64,000 nucleotides of DNA from Tubulanus polymorphus (Eukaryota > Animalia > Nemertea), in assembly GCF_964204645.1 (NCBI RefSeq), contig NC_134032.1:8916275-8980274 (forward strand). The letters run 5' to 3'. This document shows, piece by piece, positions 51,401 to 63,797 of this stretch (positions are counted from its first letter, which is position 1; the number at the start of each line of letters is the position of its first letter). Below the pieces are notes generated by a model. It was not told the DNA's origin and searched no databases. It saw only the letters and a program-made list of their open reading frames with translations. Both the position numbers and the translations under genes were made by a program.

Positions 51401-54400
51401 GCCGTTGAAAAACAACGCATCTGATTGGCTTAATACATAGACTGATGGCCGCTGAGCGGCAAATGTCAACAAAGGAAATCTTAATCATCCATGACACATC
51501 TCCCCAACTTTTGTAACCAGTTATTTTCAGGATACCGCCTTGGCTCAGTGCCAATGGTGCCACATTAGGTTCAAATCCCAAAAATCCAAATTTCCTTCAT
51601 TGCGAATATTGCAGTTACAGCAAAGAAAACACTTTATCGCTGCTTTGCAGCTATAGTTTGGTTGATATTATTCTATAGAATGCCCCCAGGGTCGATACCG
51701 ATGTTCTAGCGGTCGGTGTATATCGCAAGGTTGGTTATGCGATGGTGACGAGGACTGCCCATCTGGAGATGATGAAAGAAACTGCAGTACCGGTAAGGGA
51801 ATATCCTCGTGACAACTTCAATAATTCCATTTTTTAGTTTCATCTGCTTCGTCTCGTTAAATATGCTATAATTGTTGAATTTCTTCACTCACTTGAGCAC
51901 CGAAACTTAAAGTATCCTTGCTTGCAGAGCCCGGGGTTAAATTGTCTCCAGCCGAAGCTCAGCACAACCCTATACCGGCTGACCCCAATTGGTCTATTAC
52001 ACCGGTCTAAGTAGCCACTATATGTCTATCCAATCAGATTTCTTGTATTGATAGATGCCGTTGAAAAACAACGCATCTGATTGGCTTAATACATAGACTG
52101 ATGGCCGCTGAGCGGCAAATGTCAACAAAGGAAATCTTAATCATCCATGACACATCTCCCCAACTTTTGTAACCAGTTATTTTCAGGATACCGCCTTGGC
52201 TCAGTGCCAATGGTGCCACATTAGGTTCAAATCCCAAAAATCCAAATTTCCTTCATTGCGAATATTGCAGTTACAGCAAAGAAAACACTTTATCGCTGCT
52301 TTGCAGCTATAGTTTGGTTGATATTATTCTATAGAATGCCCCCAGGGTCGATACCGATGTTCTAGCGGTCGGTGTATATCGCAAAGTTGGTTATGCGATG
52401 GGGAAGAGGACTGCCCATCTGGAGAAGATGAAAGAAACTGTACCGGAAAGGGAATATCCTTGTCGAAACCTCAATGATTTCATTTCTTTAAGATTCATCA
52501 GCCTTGCCTCGTTATGACCCCACGTAGGTCACTTGTCAATCACGTTTAGATAGAATCTAAATGCAAATATCAATTAACATCGGGAGATAATAAAAACAAC
52601 CTTGTCATGACTGGTTAACCATATACGAACAACGAAGAACGTGTTTCAGAAGCAATATAGAATTAGTGGGCCCTCAGATTTATTCGGTACACAATTTGTT
52701 TCATGGCAGCAGGATAAGTACTGCCAGGTACTAATATTCATCCATGATTTGTACTGTAGAAACATGATACATGTGTTGAATGCCCCGGATTACCGATAAT
52801 GATAATAATCGTGACATGAGTCGCGACACAACCGCAGCCACGGACAAAAACAGGGTTAATTTGGTTATATTGTTCCTTAGAATGTCCCCATGGTCGTTAC
52901 CGATGTTCTAGTGGCAGGTGTATATCGCAAAGTTGGTTATGCAATGGTTTCGTGAACTGTCCATCTGGAGAAGATGAAAGAAACTGTACCGGTAAGGGAC
53001 TATCCTCTTGTGGAAATTTCAATGTCATTTTGTTCAAGTAATACATCGGCTTTGTCCCGTTACGACCACACATAGGTGACCTGTGACACACATTTAGATA
53101 GAAGCTAAATGCAAACATCAGAAGATAATAAAAACAATCGCAACCCAGGACAAAAACATTGTTAATTTTGGTGATATTATTCTATAGAATGCCCCCAGGG
53201 TCGTTATCGATGTTCTAGCGGTCGGTGTATATCGCAAAGTTGGTTATGCGATGGTTACGAGGACTGTCCATCTGGAGATGATGAAAGAAACTGCAGTACC
53301 GGAAAGGGAATATCCTCGTGACAACTTCAATAATTCAATTTTTTAGTTTCATCTGCTTCGTCTCGTTAAATATGCTATAATTGTTGAATTTCTTCACTCA
53401 CTTGAGCACCGAAACTTAAAGTATCCTTGCTTGCAGGGCCCGGGGTTAAATTGTCTCCAGCCGAAGCTCAGCACAACCCTATACCGGCTGACCCCAATTG
53501 GTCTATTACACCGGTCTAAGTAGCCACTATATGTATATCCAATCAGATTTCTTGTATTGATAGATGCCGTTGAAAAACAACGCATCTGATTGGCTTAATA
53601 CATAGACTGATGGCCGCTGAGCGGCAAATGTCAACAAAGGAAATCTTAATCATCCATGACACATCTCCCCAACTTTTGTAACCAGTTATTTTCAGGATAC
53701 CGCCTTGGCTCAGTGCCAATGGTGCCACATTAGGTTCAAATCCCAAAAATCCAAATTTCCTTCATTGCGAATATTGCAGTTACAGCAAAGAAAACACTTT
53801 ATCGCTGCTTTGCAGCTATAGTTTGGTTGATATTATTCTATAGAATGCCCCCAGGGTCGATACCGATGTTCTAGCGGTCGGTGTATATCGCAAAGTTGGT
53901 TATGCGATGGGGAAGAGGACTGCCCATCTGGAGAAGATGAAAGAAACTGTACCGGAAAGGGAATATCCTTGTCGAAACCTCAATGATTTCATTTCTTTAA
54001 GATTCATCAGCCTTGCCTCGTTATGACCCCACGTAGGTCACTTGTCAATCACGTTTAGATAGAATCTAAATGCAAATATCAATTAACATCGGGAGATAAT
54101 AAAAACAACCTTGTCATGACTGGTTAACCATATACGAACAACGAAGAACGTGTTTCAGAAGCAATATAGAATTAGTGGGCCCTCAGATTTATTCGGTACA
54201 CAATTTGTTTCATGGCAGCAGGATAAGTACTGCCAGGTACTAATATTCATCCATGATTTGTACTGTAGAAACATGATACATGTGTTGAATGCCCCGGATT
54301 ACCGATAATGATAATAATCGTGACATGAGTCGCGACACAACCGCAGCCACGGACAAAAACAGGGTTAATTTGGTTATATTGTTCCTTAGAATGTCCCCAT

Positions 54401-57400
54401 GGTCGTTACCGATGTTCTAGTGGCAGGTGTATATCGCAAAGTTGGTTATGCAATGGTTTCGTGAACTGTCCATCTGGAGAAGATGAAAGAAACTGTACCG
54501 GTAAGGGACTATCCTCTTGTGGAAATTTCAATGTCATTTTGTTCAAGTAATACATCGGCTTTGTCCCGTTACGACCACACATAGGTGACCTGTGACACAC
54601 ATTTAGATAGAAGCTAAATGCAAACATCAGAAGATAATAAAAACAATCGCAACCCAGGACAAAAACATTGTTAATTTTGGTGATATTATTCTATAGAATG
54701 CCCCCAGGGTCGTTATCGATGTTCTAGCGGTCGGTGTATATCGCAAAGTTGGTTATGCGATGGTTACGAGGACTGTCCATCTGGAGATGATGAAAGAAAC
54801 TGCAGTACCGGAAAGGGAATATCCTCGTGACAACTTCAATAATTCAATTTTTTAGTTTCATCTGCTTCGTCTCGTTAAATATGCTATAATTGTTGAATTT
54901 CTTCACTCACTTGAGCACCGAAACTTAAAGTATCCTTGCTTGCAGGGCCCGGGGTTAAATTGTCTCCAGCCGAAGCTCAGCACAACCCTATACCGGCTGA
55001 CCCCAATTGGTCTATTACACCGGTCTAAGTAGCCACTATATGTATATCCAATCAGATTTCTTGTATTGATAGATGCCGTTGAAAAACAACGCATCTGATT
55101 GGCTTAATACATAGACTGATGGCCGCTGAGCGGCAAATGTCAACAAAGGAAATCTTAATCATCCATGACACATCTCCCCAACTTTTGTAACCAGTTATTT
55201 TCAGGATACCGCCTTGGCTCAGTGCCAATGGTGCCACATTAGGTTCAAATCCCAAAAATCCAAATTTCCTTCATTGCGAATATTGCAGTTACAGCAAAGA
55301 AAACACTTTATCGCTGCTTTGCAGCTATAGTTTGGTTGATATTATTCTATAGAATGCCCCCAGGGTCGATACCGATGTTCTAGCGGTCGGTGTATATCGC
55401 AAAGTTGGTTATGCGATGGGGAAGAGGACTGCCCATCTGGAGAAGATGAAAGAAACTGTACCGGAAAGGGAATATCCTTGTCGAAACCTCAATGATTTCA
55501 TTTCTTTAAGATTCATCAGCCTTGCCTCGTTATGACCCCACGTAGGTCACTTGTCAATCACGTTTAGATAGAATCTAAATGCAAATATCAATTAACATCG
55601 GGAGATAATAAAAACAACCTTGTCATGACTGGTTAACCATATACGAACAACGAAGAACGTGTTTCAGAAGCAATATAGAATTAGTGGGCCCTCAGATTTA
55701 TTCGGTACACAATTTGTTTCATGGCAGCAGGATAAGTACTGCCAGGTACTAATATTCATCCATGATTTGTACTGTAGAAACATGATACATGTGTTGAATG
55801 CCCCGGATTACCGATAATGATAATAATCGTGACATGAGTCGCGACACAACCGCAGCCACGGACAAAAACAGGGTTAATTTGGTTATATTGTTCCTTAGAA
55901 TGTCCCCATGGTCGTTACCGATGTTCTAGTGGCAGGTGTATATCGCAAAGTTGGTTATGCAATGGTTTCGTGAACTGTCCATCTGGAGAAGATGAAAGAA
56001 ACTGTACCGGTAAGGGACTATCCTCTTGTGGAAATTTCAATGTCATTTTGTTCAAGTAATACATCGGCTTTGTCCCGTTACGACCACACATAGGTGACCT
56101 GTGACACACATTTAGATAGAAGTTAAATGCAAACATCAGAAGATAATAAAAACAATCGCAACCCAGGACAAAAACATTGTTAATTTTGGTGATATTATTC
56201 TATAGAATGCCCCCAGGGTCGTTATCGATGTTCTAGCGGTCGGTGTATATCGCAAAGTTGGTTATGCGATGGTTACGAGGACTGTCCATCTGGAGATGAT
56301 GAAAGAAACTGCAGTACCGGAAAGGGAATATCCTCGTGACAACTTCAATAATTCAATTTTTTAGTTTCATCTGCTTCGTCTCGTTAAATATGCTATAATT
56401 GTTGAATTTCTTCACTCACTTGAGCACCGAAACTTAAAGTATCCTTGCTTGCAGGGCCCGGGGTTAAATTGTCTCCAGCCGAAGCTCAGCACAACCCTAT
56501 ACCGGCTGACCCCAATTGGTCTATTACACCGGTCTAAGTAGCCACTATATGTATATCCAATCAGATTTCTTGTATTGATAGATGCCGTTGAAAAACAACG
56601 CATCTGATTGGCTTAATACATAGACTGATGGCCGCTGAGCGGCAAATGTCAACAAAGGAAATCTTAATCATCCATGACACATCTCCCCAACTTTTGTAAC
56701 CAGTTATTTTCAGGATACCGCCTTGGCTCAGTGCCAATGGTGCCACATTAGGTTCAAATCCCAAAAATCCAAATTTCCTTCATTGCGAATATTGCAGTTA
56801 CAGCAAAGAAAACACTTTATCGCTGCTTTGCAGCTATAGTTTGGTTGATATTATTCTATAGAATGCCCCCAGGGTCGATACCGATGTTCTAGCGGTCGGT
56901 GTATATCGCAAAGTTGGTTATGCGATGGGGAAGAGGACTGCCCATCTGGAGAAGATGAAAGAAACTGTACCGGAAAGGGAATATCCTTGTCGAAACCTCA
57001 ATGATTTCATTTCTTTAAGATTCATCAGCCTTGCCTCGTTATGACCCCACGTAGGTCACTTGTCAATCACGTTTAGATAGAATCTAAATGCAAATATCAA
57101 TTAACATCGGGAGATAATAAAAACAACCTTGTCATGACTGGTTAACCATATACGAACAACGAAGAACGTGTTTCAGAAGCAATATAGAATTAGTGGGCCC
57201 TCAGATTTATTCGGTACACAATTTGTTTCATGGCAGCAGGATAAGTACTGCCAGGTACTAATATTCATCCATGATTTGGACTGTAGAAACATGATACATG
57301 TGTTGAATGCCCCGGATTACCGATAATGATAATAATCGTGACATGAGTCGCGACACAACCGCAGCCACGGACAAAAACAGGGTTAATTTGGTTATATTGT

Positions 57401-60400
57401 TCCTTAGAATGTCCCCATGGTCGTTACCGATGTTCTAGTGGCAGGTGTATATCGCAAAGTTGGTTATGCAATGGTTTCGTGAACTGTCCATCTGGAGAAG
57501 ATGAAAGAAACTGTACCGGTAAGGGACTATCCTCTTGTGGAAATTTCAATGTCATTTTGTTCAAGTAATACATCGGCTTTGTCCCGTTACGACCACACAT
57601 AGGTGACCTGTGACACACATTTAGATAGAAGCTAAATGCAAACATCAGAAGATAATAAAAACAATCGCAACCCAGGACAAAAACATTGTTAATTTTGGTG
57701 ATATTATTCTATAGAATGCCCCCAGGGTCGTTATCGATGTTCTAGCGGTCGGTGTATATCGCAAAGTTGGTTATGCGATGGTTACGAGGACTGTCCATCT
57801 GGAGATGATGAAAGAAACTGCAGTACCGGAAAGGGAATATCCTCGTGACAACTTCAATAATTCAATTTTTTAGTTTCATCTGCTTCGTCTCGTTAAATAT
57901 GCTATAATTGTTGAATTTCTTCACTCACTTGAGCACCGAAACTTAAAGTATCCTTGCTTGCAGGGCCCGGGGTTAAATTGTCTCCAGCCGAAGCTCAGCA
58001 CAACCCTATACCGGCTGACCCCAATTGGTCTATTACACCGGTCTAAGTAGCCACTATATGTATATCCAATCAGATTTCTTGTATTGATAGATGCCGTTGA
58101 AAAACAACGCATCTGATTGGCTTAATACATAGACTGATGGCCGCTGAGCGGCAAATGTCAACAAAGGAAATCTTAATCATCCATGACACATCTCCCCAAC
58201 TTTTGTAACCAGTTATTTTCAGGATACCGCCTTGGCTCAGTGCCAATGGTGCCACATTAGGTTCAAATCCCAAAAATCCAAATTTCCTTCATTGCGAATA
58301 TTGCAGTTACAGCAAAGAAAACACTTTATCGCTGCTTTGCAGCTATAGTTTGGTTGATATTATTCTATAGAATGCCCCCAGGGTCGATACCGATGTTCTA
58401 GCGGTCGGTGTATATCGCAAGGTTGGTTATGCGATGGTGACGAGGACTGCCCATCTGGAGATGATGAAAGAAACTGCAGTACCGGTAAGGGAATATCCTC
58501 GTGACAACTTCAATAATTCAATTTTTTAGTTTCATCTGCTTCGTCTCGTTAAATATGCTATAATTGTTGAATTTCTTCACTCACTTGAGCACCGAAACTT
58601 AAAGTATCCTTGCTTGCAGAGCCCGGGGTTAAATTGTCTCCAGCCGAAGCTCAGCACAACCCTATACCGGCTGACCCCAATTGGTCTATTACACCGGTCT
58701 AAGTAGCCACTATATGTCTATCCAATCAGATTTCTTGTATTGATAGATGCCGTTGAAAAACAACGCATCTGATTGGCTTAATACATAGACTGATGGCCGC
58801 TGAGCGGCAAATGTCAACAAAGGAAATCTTAATCATCCATGACACATCTCCCCAACTTTTGTAACCAGTTATTTTCAGGATACCGCCTTGGCTCAGTGCC
58901 AATGGTGCCACATTAGGTTCAAATCCCAAAAATCCAAATTTCCTTCATTGCGAATATTGCAGTTACAGCAAAGAAAACACTTTATCGCTGCTTTGCAGCT
59001 ATAGTTTGGTTGATATTATTCTATAGAATGCCCCCAGGGTCGATACCGATGTTCTAGCGGTCGGTGTATATCGCAAAGTTGGTTATGCGATGGGGAAGAG
59101 GACTGCCCATCTGGAGAAGATGAAAGAAACTGTACCGGAAAGGGAATATCCTTGTCGAAACCTCAATGATTTCATTTCTTTAAGATTCATCAGCCTTGCC
59201 TCGTTATGACCCCACGTAGGTCACTTGTCAATCACGTTTAGATAGAATCTAAATGCAAATATCAATTAACATCGGGAGATAATAAAAACAACCTTGTCAT
59301 GACTGGTTAACCATATACGAACAACGAAGAACGTGTTTCAGAAGCAATATAGAATTAGTGGGCCCTCAGATTTATTCGGTACACAATTTGTTTCATGGCA
59401 GCAGGATAAGTACTGCCAGGTACTAATATTCATCCATGATTTGTACTGTAGAAACATGATACATGTGTTGAATGCCCCGGATTACCGATAATGATAATAA
59501 TCGTGACATGAGTCGCGACACAACCGCAGCCACGGACAAAAACAGGGTTAATTTGGTTATATTGTTCCTTAGAATGTCCCCATGGTCGTTACCGATGTTC
59601 TAGTGGCAGGTGTATATCGCAAAGTTGGTTATGCAATGGTTTCGTGAACTGTCCATCTGGAGAAGATGAAAGAAACTGTACCGGTAAGGGACTATCCTCT
59701 TGTGGAAATTTCAATGTCATTTTGTTCAAGTAATACATCGGCTTTGTCCCGTTACGACCACACATAGGTGACCTGTGACACACATTTAGATAGAAGCTAA
59801 ATGCAAACATCAGAAGATAATAAAAACAATCGCAACCCAGGACAAAAACATTGTTAATTTTGGTGATATTATTCTATAGAATGCCCCCAGGGTCGTTATC
59901 GATGTTCTAGCGGTCGGTGTATATCGCAAAGTTGGTTATGCGATGGTTACGAGGACTGTCCATCTGGAGATGATGAAAGAAACTGCAGTACCGGAAAGGG
60001 AATATCCTCGTGACAACTTCAATAATTCAATTTTTTAGTTTCATCTGCTTCGTCTCGTTAAATATGCTATAATTGTTGAATTTCTTCACTCACTTGAGCA
60101 CCGAAACTTAAAGTATCCTTGCTTGCAGGGCCCGGGGTTAAATTGTCTCCAGCCGAAGCTCAGCACAACCCTATACCGGCTGACCCCAATTGGTCTATTA
60201 CACCGGTCTAAGTAGCCACTATATGTATATCCAATCAGATTTCTTGTATTGATAGATGCCGTTGAAAAACAACGCATCTGATTGGCTTAATACATAGACT
60301 GATGGCCGCTGAGCGGCAAATGTCAACAAAGGAAATCTTAATCATCCATGACACATCTCCCCAACTTTTGTAACCAGTTATTTTCAGGATACCGCCTTGG

Positions 60401-63400
60401 CTCAGTGCCAATGGTGCCACATTAGGTTCAAATCCCAAAAATCCAAATTTCCTTCATTGCGAATATTGCAGTTACAGCAAAGAAAACACTTTATCGCTGC
60501 TTTGCAGCTATAGTTTGGTTGATATTATTCTATAGAATGCCCCCAGGGTCGATACCGATGTTCTAGCGGTCGGTGTATATCGCAAGGTTGGTTATGCGAT
60601 GGTGACGAGGACTGCCCATCTGGAGATGATGAAAGAAACTGCAGTACCGGTAAGGGAATATCCTCGTGACAACTTCAATAATTCCATTTTTTAGTTTCAT
60701 CTGCTTCGTCTCGTTAAATATGCTATAATTGTTGAATTTCTTCACTCACTTGAGCACCGAAACTTAAAGTATCCTTGCTTGCAGGGCCCGGGGTTAAATT
60801 GTCTCCAGCCGAAGCTCAGCACAACCCTATACCGGCTGACCCCAATTGGTCTATTACACCGGTCTAAGTAGCCACTATATGTCTATCCAATCAGATTTCT
60901 TGTATTGATAGATGCCGTTGAAAAACAACGCATCTGATTGGCTTAATACATAGACTGATGGCCGCTGAGCGGCAAATGTCAACAAAGGAAATCTTAATCA
61001 TCCATGACACATCTCCCCAACTTTTGTAACCAGTTATTTTCAGGATACCGCCTTGGCTCAGTGCCAATGGTGCCACATTAGGTTCAAATCCCAAAAATCC
61101 AAATTTCCTTCATTGCGAATATTGCAGTTACAGCAAAGAAAACACTTTATCGCTGCTTTGCAGCTATAGTTTGGTTGATATTATTCTATAGAATGCCCCC
61201 AGGGTCGATACCGATGTTCTAGCGGTCGGTGTATATCGCAAAGTTGGTTATGCGATGGGGAAGAGGACTGCCCATCTGGAGAAGATGAAAGAAACTGTAC
61301 CGGAAAGGGAATAATCTTGTCGAAACCTCAATGATTTCATTTCTTTAAGATTCATCAGCCTTGCCTCGTTATGACCCCACTTAGGTCACTTGTCAATCAC
61401 GTTTAGATAGAATCTAAATGCAAATATCAATTAACATCGGGAGATAATAAAAACAACCTTGTCATGACTGGTTAACCATATACGAACAACGAAGAACGTG
61501 TTTCAGAAGCAATATAGAATTAGTGGGCCCTCAGATTTATTCGGTACACAATTTGTTTCATGGCAGCAGGATAAGTACTGCCAGGCACTAATATTCATCC
61601 ATGATTTGTACTGTAGAAACATGATACATGTGTTGAATGCCCCGGATTACCGATAATGATAATAATCGTGACATGAGTCGCGACACAACCGCAGCCACGG
61701 ACAAAAACAGGGTTAATTTGGTTATATTGTTCCTTAGAATGTCCCCATGGTCGTTACCGATGTTCTAGCGGCAGGTGTATATCGCAAAGTTGGTTATGCG
61801 ATGGTGTCGTGAACTGTCCATCTGGAGAGGATGAAAGAAACTGTACCGGTAAGGGACTATCCTCTTGTGGAAATTTCAATTTCATTTTGTTCAAGTAATA
61901 CATCGGCTTTGTCCCGTTACGACCACACATAGGTGACCTCTCACACACATTTAGATAGAAGCTAAATGCAAACATCAGAAGATAATAAAAACAACCGCAA
62001 CCCAGGACAAAAACATTGTTTATTTGGTGATATTATTCTATAGAATGCCCCCAGGGTCGTTATCGATGTTCTAGCGGTCGGTGTATATCGCAAAGTTGGT
62101 TATGCGATGGTGACGAGGACTGTCCATCTGGAGATGATGAAAGAAACTGCACCGGTAAGGGAATATCCTCGTGAAAACCTCTGCTTCGTCTCGTTAAATA
62201 TGCTATTATTGTTAAATTTCTTCACTCACTTGAGCACCCAAACTTAAAGTATCCTTGCTTGCAGGGCCCGGGGTTAAATTGTCTCCAGCCAAAGCTCAAC
62301 ACAACCCTATACCGGCTGACCCTTATTAGTCTATTTCACCGGTTTAAGATGTGTTGGTTGGATATTGGGTTGCCACTAAGTATCCACTATATATTTATCC
62401 AATCAGATTTTTGGTATTGATAAATGCCGGTAAAAAAACAATGTATCTGATTGGCTTAATACATAGACTGGTGGCCACTGAGCGGCAAATATCAACAAAA
62501 GAAGTTTGGGAAGTGTGATAATAGGCTAATGAATGGTCTGCGGCCAGGCATTGTTTAGGCGTGAGCTTCGACAGGAGGCAGTCAAAACCGAGCGAGGGAG
62601 GATGATCTGACACAATTCAATTTTAATTTCAAAATACCTTTATTGCTCCGTAATGTCCTATTACATTGTAGCTTTTGTAAAAATGGAATATAAATGATAT
62701 ACAAATATGAAAAATATTAGTAAACAGTATGTGATTATTTGACATCAAGCATGAATTTATTTATTGTTGACAGTGCAAAAAGCCTCAATTATCTAGGACA
62801 TGACTAGAGTCAAGAATTGAATATTTGGAAGCACCAGTCAATCCCCGAATATACCGCCCACAATGTAATTTGACATGATAATTGAATTTTAAATGATATT
62901 TAGATTTAACAAGTTTTTCCTGTTTTTATCTTTGAATTCGCAGTATCACAAATTAAGCCTGTGTTATTCGAGGGATTCCTGTTAATATGCTGAGATACAC
63001 ACCCTTGAAATATGAAAAAAAATTATCTCCATAATCTGAACCGGGCCAGCTTCCACAAACAGTAGAGTATGCAGTACCACATAATTTGACCTTAAAATAA
63101 CTCGAAAACTGTACCCTGTATTGTTCAGTGGTGTTACAACGAAGATGCGAATTAGTCGAGCGTTAGACGACGCAGTTCTGATTTCAGACTCTGCGACCTG
63201 ACTACTATATGCGCTAGACAAGCCTGTTATTTAATACAGAAGGTGGAGGCTCACCAATACTGACAAAACAAAAGCTATTGCTTTCGAAAAATGGAAATAA
63301 TAATGTCCCGTCGCATGAGCAAAATTATCGATTTCTTACTACACTGGAAGCTTTACTAAGTTTCGAAAATTTCGAAAAGCATTACCTGGCATTGCAACAA

Positions 63401-63797
63401 AAACACTATTTTACGTATAAAGAAAAACCCAAAAATAAAGTTAAGATCTAGCCCTTTGTTAGACTAGTTGATAGCGATGTATGTGAAATCTGTGGAAGTT
63501 GAAGTAACCATTGCTTACCGATCGAGATGAGGCTGTCCTTCCTTCCTTCCTCACTCCCTTCCCCACCCTCCCTTCCTCCCCTCACTCCCTGCTGTCAAAT
63601 CGATGTAAAATTTCTGTGTTAATTTGATGAATGAAGATTATGATCAATGTCACTATTATTCTTATCATAATAATTCTATTTTCCAGCGTGTTCTACGAAT
63701 GTATTTGATTGCGGTAACGGCACTGATTGTGTATCGTCAAGTCGCGTGTGTGATGGGTTTCCGGACTGTCCGAACGGTCGAGACGAAGCCGTCTGCT
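44867..63797 (+). CDS. Large type II membrane protein: TM - SEA - mucin stalk - 24 LDLa modules (TTSP-like stem; 3' end outside the window)
   Basis: Phase-compatible exons: 44867-45431, 46076-46153, 46528-46708, 47352-47509, 48118-49926, 50038-50148, 50400-50462, 22 LDLa exons in 51026-62154, and 63687-63797. More than 1,800 codons if all are used. A candidate start mini-exon is 44762-44785 (MRNQERFE|gtaata), less certain. Confidence 0.85.
46528..47509 (+). CDS. Two exons encoding a SEA domain (46528-46708 and 47352-47509)
   Basis: [72 protein letters not shown]. The junction creates FRNGSVIA, compared with the SEA cleavage sites of MUC1 (FRPG/SVVV) and matriptase (G/SVIA). Confidence 0.85.
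48118..49926 (+). CDS. Mucin-like exon (1809 nt), about 43 x 36-bp repeats encoding TE(P/A)QTTTPYHQS
   Basis: Open frame with phase 1-1 splice sites (atttag| ... |gtatgt). A 180-bp (5-unit) higher-order duplication lies at the 3' end. Confidence 0.9.
51026..62154 (+). repeat. Tandem exon+intron array of 22 LDLa exons (111 or 114 nt, phase 1-1)
   Basis: Exon starts: 51026, 51679, 52335, 52881, 53188, 53844, 54390, 54697, 55353, 55899, 56206, 56862, 57408, 57715, 58371, 59027, 59573, 59880, 60536, 61192, 61738, 62044. Consensus [30 protein letters not shown](E/D)DERNC(S)T. Periods of 1509 and 2165 bp. Confidence 0.95.
63687..63797 (+). CDS. Divergent LDLa exon following the array
   Basis: ttccag|[37 protein letters not shown]|gtaagt; six Cys, phase 1-1. 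Confidence 0.88.

Noticed and set aside
51378-61975. Repeated minus-strand ORFs (MGFEPNV..., MFAFSFY..., MRCFST...)
   Set aside because: They recur only because the array is duplicated; they are intronic or antisense to LDLa exons and show no recognisable motifs.
50038-62154. CRISPR-like repeat/spacer appearance of the array
   Set aside because: The repeats are 111-114 nt spliceosomal exons, the 'spacers' are themselves repeated, there are no cas genes and the context is eukaryotic.
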